Assembly: GCA_963720545.1 (NCBI GenBank)
Contig: OY970399.1
Location: 1,664,001 to 1,728,000 of the forward strand
Direction: 5' to 3'
DNA: 64,000 nucleotides
Source of the DNA: an uncultured Acidobacteriota bacterium
Lineage (GTDB): Bacteria > Acidobacteriota > Vicinamibacteria > Fen-336
Positions 52,302-62,104 of this stretch are shown here, in pieces (positions within the stretch are counted from its first letter, which is position 1; each line of letters starts with the position of its first letter). The notes under the pieces are model-generated. The model saw only the letters and a program-made list of their open reading frames with translations. It did not search any database and was not told the origin of the DNA. The translations under genes were made by a program, and so were the position numbers.

Positions 52302-54065
52302 GTGAAAAACTTCATGGTGCGGGCGACACTGGTCGGCCTGCTGCTCTGCTTCAACCTGGCACCGTGCGCCATGGCAGCCGACGACGGGCCGGTCGTCGCC
52401 GGCGAGCTCGGCGCCAGGCTCGACGCATACCTGACGCGTCTCGAGAGCCTGGGTTTTTCAGGAGTGGCTCTCGTCCAGAAACATTCAGACGTCGTCTTGC
52501 GCAAGGGATATGGCTGGGCCGACAAGAAGAACGGCCTCAAGATGACGACCGGGAACGTCTTCGATCTCGGCTCGATCACGAAGCAGTTCACCGCGGCCGC
52601 GATCCTGCGACTGGAGGCCGACGGCAAGCTCAGCACCACCGACAAGATCACCAGGTTCTTCAAGGACGTGCCACCCGACAAGCAAGGCATCACGCTGCAC
52701 CACCTGCTGACGCACTCGGCGGGCCTCGAATCGGATTTCGCGGACTCGGACTACGCACCGGTGGGCCGCGACGAGTACGTCCGGCTGGCTCTCGCCTCGA
52801 AGCTGATGACGCCTCCCGGCGAGCACTACGAATACTCGAACGCCGGTTACTCGCTGCTCGCCGCGATCGTCGAGCTCACCTCGGGCATGAGCTACGAGGC
52901 GTTCCTCGCCGAACGCCTCTTCAAGCCGGCCGGGATGGTCGAGACCGGCTACAAGCTGCCGCATTGGCCCGAAGCGCGGATCGCGCGCGGCTCGCAGGAC
53001 GGCAAGGACTGGGGGACGATCATCGCCCGGATCAGCCCGCCCGATGCGCCTTACTGGGTGCTGCGTGGCAACGGCGGTATCCATACGACGCTCCACGACG
53101 TGGCGCGCTGGAACGAGGCGCTGTACGACGATCGCGTGCTGCCCGCAGCGGAACGCGTCAAGCTGATGTCGCCGTACATAGACGAGGACGACAGCGGCAA
53201 GACCCGGTACGCCTACGGCTGGGTGGTCGAAAAGACCGCGCGCGGGACGCGCGATATCTGGCATAACGGCGGCAACGACATCTATTCCGCCGAACTGCAC
53301 CGGTATGTGGACGAGAGCGTGCTCATCTGCGTGGGCACGACCGTCGCCGAGCTCAAGTCGACGCCCGTCTTCGCCACGGTCGAGAAGATCGTCTTCGGCC
53401 AGCCTTACGATCTCCCGCCCGCAGCCGTGCAGCTCCCGGCCGCGAGTCTCGCGGCGCCGGCGGGCCGTTACAAGCTCGCGACCGGCGGCGAACTGGCCTT
53501 GAAGGTCGAGGGCGAACGGCTCGCGCTCTCGATGCGCGGCCCCGATGCCTATGCGGCCTGGTATGGAGCGGCGGGCGACGCCCTGGCGCACCTGCGCGCG
53601 CTCGACAAGAAAGCGGAAGGCATCCTCAGCCGCAGCGTCACAGGCGACTACGCTCCGCTCGTCGCGGCAGCGACAGGCGACGCCGGGCGCGGGCGCGACC
53701 CCGAAGAGGTCCGGAAGGCCGAGGCCGAGCTGATGGCGGACCGCCGCTCCCGCCTCGGTGCTTTCCAGCGGTTCGAGATGCTGGGAACGATGCCCGTCCG
53801 CGGCGACATCGCCGTGACGGAGGCCGAGCTCGTCTTCGAGAAGGGCACGGTGTTCAATCGTTACGTCTGGCGCGGCGAGCACCTGCTCGAGGTGCGCGGC
53901 GTGCCGAGCCTGCCCACCTACCGGCTCGTGCCGCAGTCGGAGAGCGAGTTCGTCGCTTTCGACGTGCGGCTTGGCACGGGACCGCGGCTCAGGCTGGAGG
54001 CCGGTGGCACCTCGCTCGTGCTCGTCACTCCCGCGGCGGAGCTCAAAGCGGAACGCGTGCGCTAG
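52302..54065 (+). CDS. Secreted serine hydrolase with C-terminal extension
   Basis: GSITK, YSN, HNG; GTG start with GGAGG RBS. Confidence 0.9.
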   Translation: MKNFMVRATLVGLLLCFNLAPCAMAADDGPVVAGELGARLDAYLTRLESLGFSGVALVQKHSDVVLRKGYGWADKKNGLKMTTGNVFDLGSITKQFTAAAILRLEADGKLSTTDKITRFFKDVPPDKQGITLHHLLTHSAGLESDFADSDYAPVGRDEYVRLALASKLMTPPGEHYEYSNAGYSLLAAIVELTSGMSYEAFLAERLFKPAGMVETGYKLPHWPEARIARGSQDGKDWGTIIARISPPDAPYWVLRGNGGIHTTLHDVARWNEALYDDRVLPAAERVKLMSPYIDEDDSGKTRYAYGWVVEKTARGTRDIWHNGGNDIYSAELHRYVDESVLICVGTTVAELKSTPVFATVEKIVFGQPYDLPPAAVQLPAASLAAPAGRYKLATGGELALKVEGERLALSMRGPDAYAAWYGAAGDALAHLRALDKKAEGILSRSVTGDYAPLVAAATGDAGRGRDPEEVRKAEAELMADRRSRLGAFQRFEMLGTMPVRGDIAVTEAELVFEKGTVFNRYVWRGEHLLEVRGVPSLPTYRLVPQSESEFVAFDVRLGTGPRLRLEAGGTSLVLVTPAAELKAERVR

Positions 54066-55075
54066 AGAGTCGGCTGGAGCTTGCTAGGCGTGCCCAGGCC
54101 TTTGGCTCGGGCACGTTCGAGGGCGAAGCAGGCAATCGCCGTGTCCTGGACCCCGACGCCCGTCAGGTCGCAGACCGTGACCTCGGCGTCGCTCTTGCGC
54201 CCCGGATGCTTGCCGGCGGCGAGGGCGCCAAGCTCCACCACCGGTGTCGCGCTCGTGACGGTTCCCGCCGCAACCGCGTGCTGCAATTCGCCGAGGCGCT
54301 CGCACTGCGAGCGGAGGTCGCACACGATGAGATCGGCTCTCTGGAAGATGCGTGGATCGAGCTCCTGCTTGCCCGGGCCGTCCGAGCCCAGGGCTGTGAT
54401 GTGCAGCCGCTCGTGGAGGTCGGCGAAGTCGAGGAGCGCCTCGTGCGCAGGCGTCGCGGTGACCACGATCTCGCAGCGCCGCGCCACCTCGGCCGGGTTC
54501 CGTGCCGGCACGACCTCGACCTGCAGTTCCTGAGACATCTCGGCCATGAACTTCCGCACCGCCTCCGGTTTGCGGCCGTAGACCACGACCTTGCGGAAGT
54601 CGCGGACGAGCTTCAGGGCGCGAAGCTGGAAACGCGCCTGCATGCCGACACCGACGACGCCCGCCGTGTGGACCGCAACGGGGGCGAGGTATTTCGCGGC
54701 GATCGCTCCCGCCAGCGCCGTCCTTACCTCGGTGAGGTAGGAGTTGTCGAGCAGCAGCGCCAGCGGCCAGCCGGTCTCGGCGGAGAGCAGGACCATGAGG
54801 CCGCTCGACACCGGCAGGCCGACCTTCGCGTTGGCGTAGAACCCCGAGGCGATCTTCACCGCGAACCCGGCAAGGCCGCGCACGTAGGCCGACTTCACGT
54901 GCACCTCGGCCTCGCGCTCGGCGATGTCGATTCCGATCGGCGGCGGCACCGTCACCTCGCCGCGCCCGAGGCGAGCGAAGCCGTCCTCGACGGCGGCCAA
55001 CGCCGCGGCGTCGAGACCGACGCAGGAACGGATCTCGGCCTCGTTGAGCTGCAGGAAGGGGGCGGGCGTAGGCAC
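54062..55075 (-). CDS. Ornithine cyclodeaminase/mu-crystallin family (EutC-like)
   Basis: VKIASGFYAN, LTEVRTA, GVGMQA, DLTGVGVQD; GGAGG RBS. Confidence 0.9.
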   Translation of the reverse strand: MPTPAPFLQLNEAEIRSCVGLDAAALAAVEDGFARLGRGEVTVPPPIGIDIAEREAEVHVKSAYVRGLAGFAVKIASGFYANAKVGLPVSSGLMVLLSAETGWPLALLLDNSYLTEVRTALAGAIAAKYLAPVAVHTAGVVGVGMQARFQLRALKLVRDFRKVVVYGRKPEAVRKFMAEMSQELQVEVVPARNPAEVARRCEIVVTATPAHEALLDFADLHERLHITALGSDGPGKQELDPRIFQRADLIVCDLRSQCERLGELQHAVAAGTVTSATPVVELGALAAGKHPGRKSDAEVTVCDLTGVGVQDTAIACFALERARAKGLGTPSKLQPTL

Positions 55076-55124
55076 CTTTGGTCAACCTCCGGAAGGAACG
55101 GCTCGAGTCTAACATGCTGTTGAG

Positions 55125-55154
55125 ATGTTGAACAATACGGCAGATTGTTCTACA
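55125..55154. promoter_or_regulatory. Two candidate GntR operators between divergent genes
   Basis: ATGTTGAACAATACGGC (55125-55141) and TTGTTCTACA (55145-55154). Confidence 0.6.
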
Positions 55155-55201
55155 GTTCGGGCTTCGACCCTGGGGGTTCCTTGTCGCTGACGCCGGGCAC
55201 C

Positions 55202-56578
55202 GTGCGAGACACAGAGGCCCCCGGGCTTCGCCGCGAGCTGGGGCTCGTCGACTCGGCCCTGATGCTCGTCGGCGTCGTGCTCGGCTCGGGCATCTTCATG
55301 ACGACCGGCCTCATGGCGTCGGCCCTTCCCTCGCCCGGTCTGATCATGCTGGCCTGGGCAGTGGGCGGGCTCCTGACCCTCGCCGGGGCGGCCGTGTTCG
55401 CGGAGCTCGGCGCCGCCCTGCCGGAGGCCGGCGGCGGCTACGTCTACCTGCGCGAGGCGTACGGTCCGCTCGTCTCGTTCCTGTTCGCGTGGGTGACGCT
55501 GCTCGTGTACCAGCCGGGAGCGATCTCGGCGGTGGCCGTTGGCTTCGCTGAGCATCTCGGCTACCTGGTGCCTGTGCTGGGCGCGGACGTGGTGGCCGTG
55601 CGCGTGCCCCTGGGCAGCTACACGCACTCGATCTCGGCCGCCCAGCTCGTGGCGTCGGCCACCATTCTCGGCCTGACGGCCGTGAACATCATCGGGCTTC
55701 GCGTCGGCAGCAACATCGCGAACGTGGTGACGACGCTGAAGGTCGCGGCACTCATCGCCTTTGCTTTTCTCGGGATGCTCGTCGGGCGGCCGCCGGCCGC
55801 GGCCGCCGCGACAACGGCGGCGAGCCTCGGAACGTCCGATCTCCTGACCGGCTTCGGTCTCGCCCTGGTCGCGGCGCTCTGGACCTACGACGGCTGGATC
55901 AACCTGAGCTTCTCTGGCGGTGAGGTGAAGGACCCGGGGCGTACGATCCCGCGCGCGCTCATGCTGGGCACCAGCGCACTGACGGCGCTCTTCCTGCTGG
56001 TCAACGCGGTGTACCTGTACGCGCTGTCGATTCCGCAGATGCAAGGCGTCACCCGGGTCGCCGAGCGAGCGACCACCGCGCTCTTCGGTGCAGGAGCCGG
56101 GATCTTCATGGTGGCGGTCGTGGCGCTCTCTTCGTTTGGCGGCACGCACGGCACTGTCCTCACCGGTGCCCGGCTCTACTACGCGGTGGCGAAGGACGGG
56201 TTCTTCTTTCGGTCGATGGCCCACGTGAATCGCAAACACCACACCCCGGACGTCGCGCTCTGGGTCCAGGGGGTGCTCTCGGCTGCCCTCGCGCTCTCCG
56301 GCCGCTTCGACCAGCTCTTCACCTATTGCATGTTTGCGGCGCTCCTCATGTACGGGATGACGACCGCTTCGGTCATGACGCTGCGCCGCACGCGCCCGGA
56401 CCTGGCGCGTCCCTACCGGGTCTGGCCCTACCCCGCCCTGCCCCTGATCTACATCGCGGCGTTGGCGGTGCTGTGCGTGAACACGCTGCTGACCCGGCCG
56501 CTCGAATCCTTCTCAGGGCTGCTGATCGTGGCCGCCGGGGTTCCCGCCTTCTTCGTCTGGCGTCGCCGCGCTGCCTGA
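55202..56578 (+). CDS. APC family amino acid permease
   Basis: LRRELG, GSGIF, AELG..P.AGGGY.Y, WTYDGW, RPYRVW; start approximate. Confidence 0.92.
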   Translation: MRDTEAPGLRRELGLVDSALMLVGVVLGSGIFMTTGLMASALPSPGLIMLAWAVGGLLTLAGAAVFAELGAALPEAGGGYVYLREAYGPLVSFLFAWVTLLVYQPGAISAVAVGFAEHLGYLVPVLGADVVAVRVPLGSYTHSISAAQLVASATILGLTAVNIIGLRVGSNIANVVTTLKVAALIAFAFLGMLVGRPPAAAAATTAASLGTSDLLTGFGLALVAALWTYDGWINLSFSGGEVKDPGRTIPRALMLGTSALTALFLLVNAVYLYALSIPQMQGVTRVAERATTALFGAGAGIFMVAVVALSSFGGTHGTVLTGARLYYAVAKDGFFFRSMAHVNRKHHTPDVALWVQGVLSAALALSGRFDQLFTYCMFAALLMYGMTTASVMTLRRTRPDLARPYRVWPYPALPLIYIAALAVLCVNTLLTRPLESFSGLLIVAAGVPAFFVWRRRAA

Positions 56579-56581
56579 TTT

Positions 56582-56609
56582 TTGTTCAACAATCCGACTG
56601 TGGTACATT
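56582..56609 (+). promoter_or_regulatory. Palindromic operator plus extended -10 promoter
   Basis: TTGTTCAACAA palindrome; TG-n-TACATT ending 5 nt before the GTG start. Confidence 0.65.
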
Positions 56610-56614
56610 CAATC

Positions 56615-58240
56615 GTGGGCTTCGATCTGCTCGTCACGGGGGGCGTTGTCGTCGACGGCACAGGATCGCCCGGCTTCCCCGCTGACGTCGGAATCCGTGA
56701 CGGTCGGATCGCCGCCGTTGGCCGGCTTGGCGCCGCCTCGGCGCAACGCCGGCTCGAGGCCAACGGGCGCGTGGTGGCGCCCGGCTTCATCGACCTCATG
56801 GGCACCAGCGATTGGACGCTCCTCGCCGACCGCCGCGCAGCGTCGAAGATCAGCCAGGGCATCACGCTGATGGTCGCCGGCGAGCGCTTCTCGGCGGCGC
56901 CCCAGAGTGAAGAGCGGCGTCGCGAGCTGCAGCCCGAAATGGCGCGCCTCAGCGTCGCCCCGGATTGGACCTCCCTCGCGGACTTCTTCGCGCGCCTCGA
57001 GGCCTCGCCGCCAGCAGTGAACTTCGCCACCTTCGTGGCCGCGGGAAGCCTGCGGGACGCCGTGATGGCCCGCGAGGATCGAAGAGCGTCGGCTTCCGAG
57101 CTTGCCGCCATGGAGCGCCTCGCCGGCGCCGCCATGGAGGACGGGGCCCTGGGCGTCGCGAGCGCCCTCATTTACGTTCCGCACCGCTACGCTCCGACCG
57201 AGGAGCTCGTCGCCCTTGCCCGCGTGGCCGGCAGTTACGGCGGAATATACGCGACCCACCAGCGCAGCGAGGGCGACGAGATCGACGCCTCGCTCGACGA
57301 GGTGTTCGAGATTGCCGCCGAAGCTCGCGTGCCCGCCCACATCTTTCACCTCAAGACGACATTCCAGAGGAATGCCGGACGCATGAGTGCCGTGACGAAA
57401 CGTATCGATGCGGCGCGGCAACGCGGCCTCGTCATCACCGCCGATGTCTACCCGTACACGGCGGCGTGCGGGAACCTGCGCGCGCTGCTCCCGCCCTGGG
57501 CCCGCGAGGGTGGCCTCGACGCGACATTGGCAAGGCTGCGCGACGCATCGACTCGCGAGCGGATCATGACCGAGCTCGCCGCGCTGGGCGCCGGTTGGGA
57601 CAACGAGTATCTCGGGGCCGGCGCCGAGCGCATCGCGATCGCGGAGACGTCGGCGCCGTCTCTCGCGCCGCTGCTCGGCCGCTCGCTCTCGGACATCGCT
57701 CACGAGAGGAACCAGGACCCGCGCGCGTCGCTGCTCGATTTGCTCCTCGAGGACGAGGGCCGCACCCGCATGCTCTGCTGCATCATGGATGAAAGAGACG
57801 TCGCGCTCGCGCTGCAACAGCCGTGGACGGCGTTCTGCACCGACTCGGAGCAGCGCGCCGTCGATGGACCGCTGGCGACGGGCCGGCCGCATCCCCGGGC
57901 ATTCGGTGCATTTCCGCGCGTCCTGGGCCGTTACGTCCGCGAGTCCTCGCTGCTCTCTCTCGAGACGGCGGTGCACAAGGCCACGTCGCTGCCCGCGCGC
58001 ATCCTCGGGCTGCGCGAGCGCGGCCACGTCCATGAGGGCTTTCACGCCGACCTCGTGGTGTTCGACCCCGAGAAGGTCATCGACCGAGCAAGCTACGAAG
58101 CGCCGTACCAATACTCGGCGGGAATAGACTACGTCGTCGTCAATGGTCAGGTGGTCGTAGATCAGGGACGGATCACCACCGCGCGTCCGGGGCGGGTCAT
58201 CCGCGGTGCGGGATGTCGCGGTCAAGGAGAGAGGCAATGA
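56615..58240 (+). CDS. Cytoplasmic D-aminoacylase-family protein with variant metal motif
   Basis: DGTG, PGFIDLMGT (HxH absent), HQRSE, FHLK, DVYPY, HPRAFGAFPR. Confidence 0.88.
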   Translation: MGFDLLVTGGVVVDGTGSPGFPADVGIRDGRIAAVGRLGAASAQRRLEANGRVVAPGFIDLMGTSDWTLLADRRAASKISQGITLMVAGERFSAAPQSEERRRELQPEMARLSVAPDWTSLADFFARLEASPPAVNFATFVAAGSLRDAVMAREDRRASASELAAMERLAGAAMEDGALGVASALIYVPHRYAPTEELVALARVAGSYGGIYATHQRSEGDEIDASLDEVFEIAAEARVPAHIFHLKTTFQRNAGRMSAVTKRIDAARQRGLVITADVYPYTAACGNLRALLPPWAREGGLDATLARLRDASTRERIMTELAALGAGWDNEYLGAGAERIAIAETSAPSLAPLLGRSLSDIAHERNQDPRASLLDLLLEDEGRTRMLCCIMDERDVALALQQPWTAFCTDSEQRAVDGPLATGRPHPRAFGAFPRVLGRYVRESSLLSLETAVHKATSLPARILGLRERGHVHEGFHADLVVFDPEKVIDRASYEAPYQYSAGIDYVVVNGQVVVDQGRITTARPGRVIRGAGCRGQGERQ

Positions 58241-58968
58241 TGCCCAATACGTCGAAGGCCGCTTCCAGGGCAGCGGCCCAGGCCGTGGCCAAGGCCAACT
58301 TCGCCGGTCTCACGATCCAGAAGACGAGCACGGCCGATCAGGTGGCGGGGCTGCTCCGCGAGCGGATCCTCGGCGGCCAGCTGCGTCCCGGGATGCCGCT
58401 GCGCGAGGTGCTGTTGGCGGGATCCATCGGCGTTTCACGCAACACGCTGCGCGAGGCGCTCCGCATCCTGATCCAGGAGGGTCTCGTCCTGCACACGGTC
58501 CACCGCGGAATCACCGTCACGCAGCTGACCAAACAGGCGGTCGCCGACATCTACCAGGTGCGCCGCATGCTGGAGCTGCGTGCGGTCGAGACGGGCAAAC
58601 CGGACAAGTCGCAGATCGCGGGCCTCTACGAAGCCACGGACCGGCTCGAGGAGGCCGCGAAGACCCAGGATTGGCCCGGTGTCTTCGAAAGCGACATGCT
58701 CTTCCACGGGCGCCTGGTCGCGCTCCTCGGGAGCGAGCGGCTGGACGTGTTCTACGGAAACCTGCTGAGCGAGCTGCGACTGGGTCTCGTGGAAGTGGAC
58801 CGCCAATCGCGCGATGTGAAGCGCAGCCGGGCTGCACATCGGCGTGTCGCCGACCTGCTGGCGGCCGGCAAACGGCGCGAGTGCGCGCGCTTCCTTGCCG
58901 AGCACCTGGCGGAGGCCGAGCGCCTCGTCACGGCGGTCGTGGCTGGGGAAGCGGTCGCCGCGAGCTGA
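58237..58968 (+). CDS. GntR family regulator (FCD)
   Basis: LRERILGGQLRPG...GVSRNTLREAL; D..FH; ATGA overlap. Confidence 0.92.
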   Translation: MMPNTSKAASRAAAQAVAKANFAGLTIQKTSTADQVAGLLRERILGGQLRPGMPLREVLLAGSIGVSRNTLREALRILIQEGLVLHTVHRGITVTQLTKQAVADIYQVRRMLELRAVETGKPDKSQIAGLYEATDRLEEAAKTQDWPGVFESDMLFHGRLVALLGSERLDVFYGNLLSELRLGLVEVDRQSRDVKRSRAAHRRVADLLAAGKRRECARFLAEHLAEAERLVTAVVAGEAVAAS

Positions 58969-59005
58969 CGTCGCCGCACTAGACCTTTCATCGGAGTCAT
59001 CGCGC

Positions 59006-60115
59006 ATGCAAATCGAACCGTTCGCGCTGGAACGCTGGCAGTCCGAGTGGGAAAACCTGGTCAAGCACAACCTCTCCGAGAGCGGCGTGCATCGGATGAG
59101 CGTCCAGGAGCTGCTCGGCCCGGGCGAGGCTGACGAGGTTCTCTCCCAGGGGCTCTCCTACGGCTATTCGAACGGCAGCGACGCGCTGCGGGCCGCGATC
59201 ACCGCGCAATACCCCGGCGCAAGGCCGGAGCAGGTCGTTGTCACCAATGGCTCGGCCGAGGCAAACTTCATCTCGGCCTGGCGTGTGGTCGAGCCCGGGG
59301 ACGAGGTCGTGATGGTGCTGCCGAACTACATGCAGCTCCACGGCCTGTTCCACGCATTCGGCGCGAAGGTGGTCGGCGTCCAGCTGCACGAGGCAAACGG
59401 ATGGGCCCTCGACGTGGACGAGCTGCGCCGCGCGGTGAACCCGAAAACGCGGCTCATCTCGGTCTGCAATCCCAACAACCCGACCGGCGCGATCCTCAGC
59501 GAGGCCGAGATGCAGGGCGTCGTCGCGGCCGCCGCGCGCCACGGCTCGTGGCTCCTGGCGGACGAGGTGTACCGCGGCGCCGAGCGCGAAGGCCCCGAGA
59601 CCCCGACGTTCTGGGGTCGCTACGAGCGCCTCTTCGCCACCTGCGGTCTCAGCAAGGCGTACGGCCTGCCCGGACTGCGGATCGGCTGGGCGGTGAGTCC
59701 TCTCGAGACCGCGGGCGAGCTGTGGGCGCGGAAGGACTACACGAGCATCTTCCCGAGCATCCTCTCCGACCTGCTCGCGCAGAAGGCGCTCGGAATGCGT
59801 GACCGCATCCTCGAGCGCACCCGCGGCATCCTGCGCGCCAACTGGCCCGGCATGGAGACGTGGCTCGCGCGGAATCGCCACGTGCTCACCGTCGTTCCCT
59901 CGAAGGCGGGCGCCATCGTGTACGCGCGCTACAACCTGAAGATGCCGTCCACAGAGCTGATCGCGCTCCTCAAGGACGAGGAAGACGTCCTCATCGTCTC
60001 GGGCACTCACTTCGGCATGGACGGCTTCGTCCGCATCGGGTACGGCAACGAGCCGGCAGATCTGCAGGCCGCCCTCGCCAGGCTGACGGCGTTCCTCGAA
60101 CGACACGCGAGCTGA
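59006..60115 (+). CDS. Aminotransferase class I/II
   Basis: NPNNPTG, DEVY, GLSKAYGLPGLRIGW. Confidence 0.92.
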   Translation: MQIEPFALERWQSEWENLVKHNLSESGVHRMSVQELLGPGEADEVLSQGLSYGYSNGSDALRAAITAQYPGARPEQVVVTNGSAEANFISAWRVVEPGDEVVMVLPNYMQLHGLFHAFGAKVVGVQLHEANGWALDVDELRRAVNPKTRLISVCNPNNPTGAILSEAEMQGVVAAAARHGSWLLADEVYRGAEREGPETPTFWGRYERLFATCGLSKAYGLPGLRIGWAVSPLETAGELWARKDYTSIFPSILSDLLAQKALGMRDRILERTRGILRANWPGMETWLARNRHVLTVVPSKAGAIVYARYNLKMPSTELIALLKDEEDVLIVSGTHFGMDGFVRIGYGNEPADLQAALARLTAFLERHAS

Positions 60116-60121
60116 CCGCGG

Positions 60122-62086
60122 TCAGGCCCGAGGCGATGGCGTTCCCGTTGCCTTCAAGTACTTGTCGATCCAGTCGAACTCCCGTTGCATCTTGTCGCGC
60201 TGATAGCTCGGGACGCCGATGCCGTGGGGTTGATCCGGGTAGATGATGAGCTTCGTCGGCACCTTGTAGTGCTTGAGAGCCGCGTAGAACTCCTGGCTCT
60301 GCCCGATCGGGACGATCTGGTCTTTCTCCCCCTGGAAGATCAGGCACGGCGTCTTGACGTGCGGTGCCGCGGTGAGGGGTGAGCGCTCGGTCCAGCGCTC
60401 GAACTTCCCGTACGGATCTTCGTTCATCATGTCGAAGCCCGGGTTGATGATCGCCGTGCCGTAGTAGCTGATCAGGTTGGTATCGCCGGCGCCGTACGCC
60501 GCGACCTTGAACCGGTCCGTATGGCCGATGACCCACGACGTGGAATACCCACCGTAGCTCCAGCCCTTCACGGCCAGACGCTCCGGGTCCGCGATGCCGC
60601 GCGCCACGAGGCTGTCGAGGCCAGTCATCAGGTCCGCGAAGACACCGTCTTCGAGCGCCGCGGAATTGGAGCCCGCGCCGTGGGCGAAGCGCGCGCCGTA
60701 GTTCGCGGACGTCCTGAAGTTGGGAAGGAACGTGACGTATCCCGCCGCGGCGTAGACCTGCGGGTCGCTCGACCAGTTCGCGGTGTAGCTGCGGGTGTGG
60801 GCGCTCTCCGGGCCCCCGTGAATGTCGAGGACGGTGGGATAACGGCGCCCCTCCTGGTAGTCCGTCGGATAGACAATGAGCCCCTCGATCTCGATGCCGT
60901 CCGCCGACTTCCATCGCACCGTCTCCATCTTGCCCAGGGCCAGGCCCTCGAGCTCTGCGTTGAGGTGCGACACCTGCCGCATCGGCTCCTTGCCGTCGCT
61001 GCGGAGCCACAATTCGAGCGGCCGCTGCGGCGTTTCGTGGAGCAGGACCATCTGCGTGCCCGAGCGGTTCATGGCGAAGGGGCCGAAGTCTCCCTCCCCT
61101 TTGGTGAGGGGCGCCAGCTTCTCGTCGGCGCTCGAGAGCTTGAACAGACGCGTGTTGACGTGCAGGCCAGCCGCGACGATGAAGTCGGCGTCGTCCAGCC
61201 ATTCGTGCTGAGCGATGTAGCCCTCGAACTGCCGGGCAAGGATACGAACCGGCCCTCCGCTCGCGGCCACGACGTTGACGCGCGGCGGACCGACGCCAAG
61301 TGGATTGTCGTCCGAGGGAGCCAGGAAACTGACGCGAGACCCGTCCGGGCTCCAGCGGACGTCGAACTCCGCGTCCTGGTTCGTCGTGAGCCGTTGCGAC
61401 GGCCCACCCGCCAACGGCATCACGTAAAGCTCGCGCTTGAACGACTCCAGGAACCGCGGGGAAGGCTCGGCGAGGTACGCCACCGTGCGCGAGTCGGGTG
61501 AGACGACCGCCTCGACGACGTAAGGAGCCGGCTCGGTCAGCGGCTTGACGGTTCCATCGCCCGCTTGCCATCGCCAGGCGCGGCTCGAGAGCGGCTCCTC
61601 GTCCACGACGATCACCGGTTTCGTGATCGACGGCTCCGGGTCCGAATCGGCCGCGAGGAAGACGATGGCCTTCCCGTCAGGCGACCATTCGAACCCGCTG
61701 ATCGCGGCCGGGTGCTTGAAGAGCCGGCGCGGCTCGCTGCCGGTCGCCGCCAACGCGTACACGGCGGCACTTCCGTCGCGATCCGAGAGGAAGGCGAGCG
61801 TGCCGTCGGCGCTAAACCGGGCCTGCCACTCCGATCCGGCGCCAGAGACAGCCCGTCCAAAGGACCCGGCGCGCAAACCCGCGACGTAGACGTGCTTGTC
61901 GAAGCGGTCTTTCTCGCGGTTCCACTCGGTCGCCTCGAACGCCGCCCGCGAGCCGTCGGGCGACAGCTGCGGGTCGGAGGCGCGGCGCACGCCCAGCACG
62001 TCCTCGATGCGCATCGGCCGACCGCCGGCTGCCGCGCTCCCCCAAAAGAACGACCAGGCGGCGAGCACGAACAAGGTTCTCTTCAT
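60122..62086 (-). CDS. Secreted S9 family peptidase
   Basis: Signal peptide, WSPDG repeats, HGGP, GWSYGG, D and PHG; GGAGG RBS. Confidence 0.92.
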   Translation of the reverse strand: MKRTLFVLAAWSFFWGSAAAGGRPMRIEDVLGVRRASDPQLSPDGSRAAFEATEWNREKDRFDKHVYVAGLRAGSFGRAVSGAGSEWQARFSADGTLAFLSDRDGSAAVYALAATGSEPRRLFKHPAAISGFEWSPDGKAIVFLAADSDPEPSITKPVIVVDEEPLSSRAWRWQAGDGTVKPLTEPAPYVVEAVVSPDSRTVAYLAEPSPRFLESFKRELYVMPLAGGPSQRLTTNQDAEFDVRWSPDGSRVSFLAPSDDNPLGVGPPRVNVVAASGGPVRILARQFEGYIAQHEWLDDADFIVAAGLHVNTRLFKLSSADEKLAPLTKGEGDFGPFAMNRSGTQMVLLHETPQRPLELWLRSDGKEPMRQVSHLNAELEGLALGKMETVRWKSADGIEIEGLIVYPTDYQEGRRYPTVLDIHGGPESAHTRSYTANWSSDPQVYAAAGYVTFLPNFRTSANYGARFAHGAGSNSAALEDGVFADLMTGLDSLVARGIADPERLAVKGWSYGGYSTSWVIGHTDRFKVAAYGAGDTNLISYYGTAIINPGFDMMNEDPYGKFERWTERSPLTAAPHVKTPCLIFQGEKDQIVPIGQSQEFYAALKHYKVPTKLIIYPDQPHGIGVPSYQRDKMQREFDWIDKYLKATGTPSPRA

Positions 62087-62104
62087 GTGGATCCTCCGCG
62101 TGCT

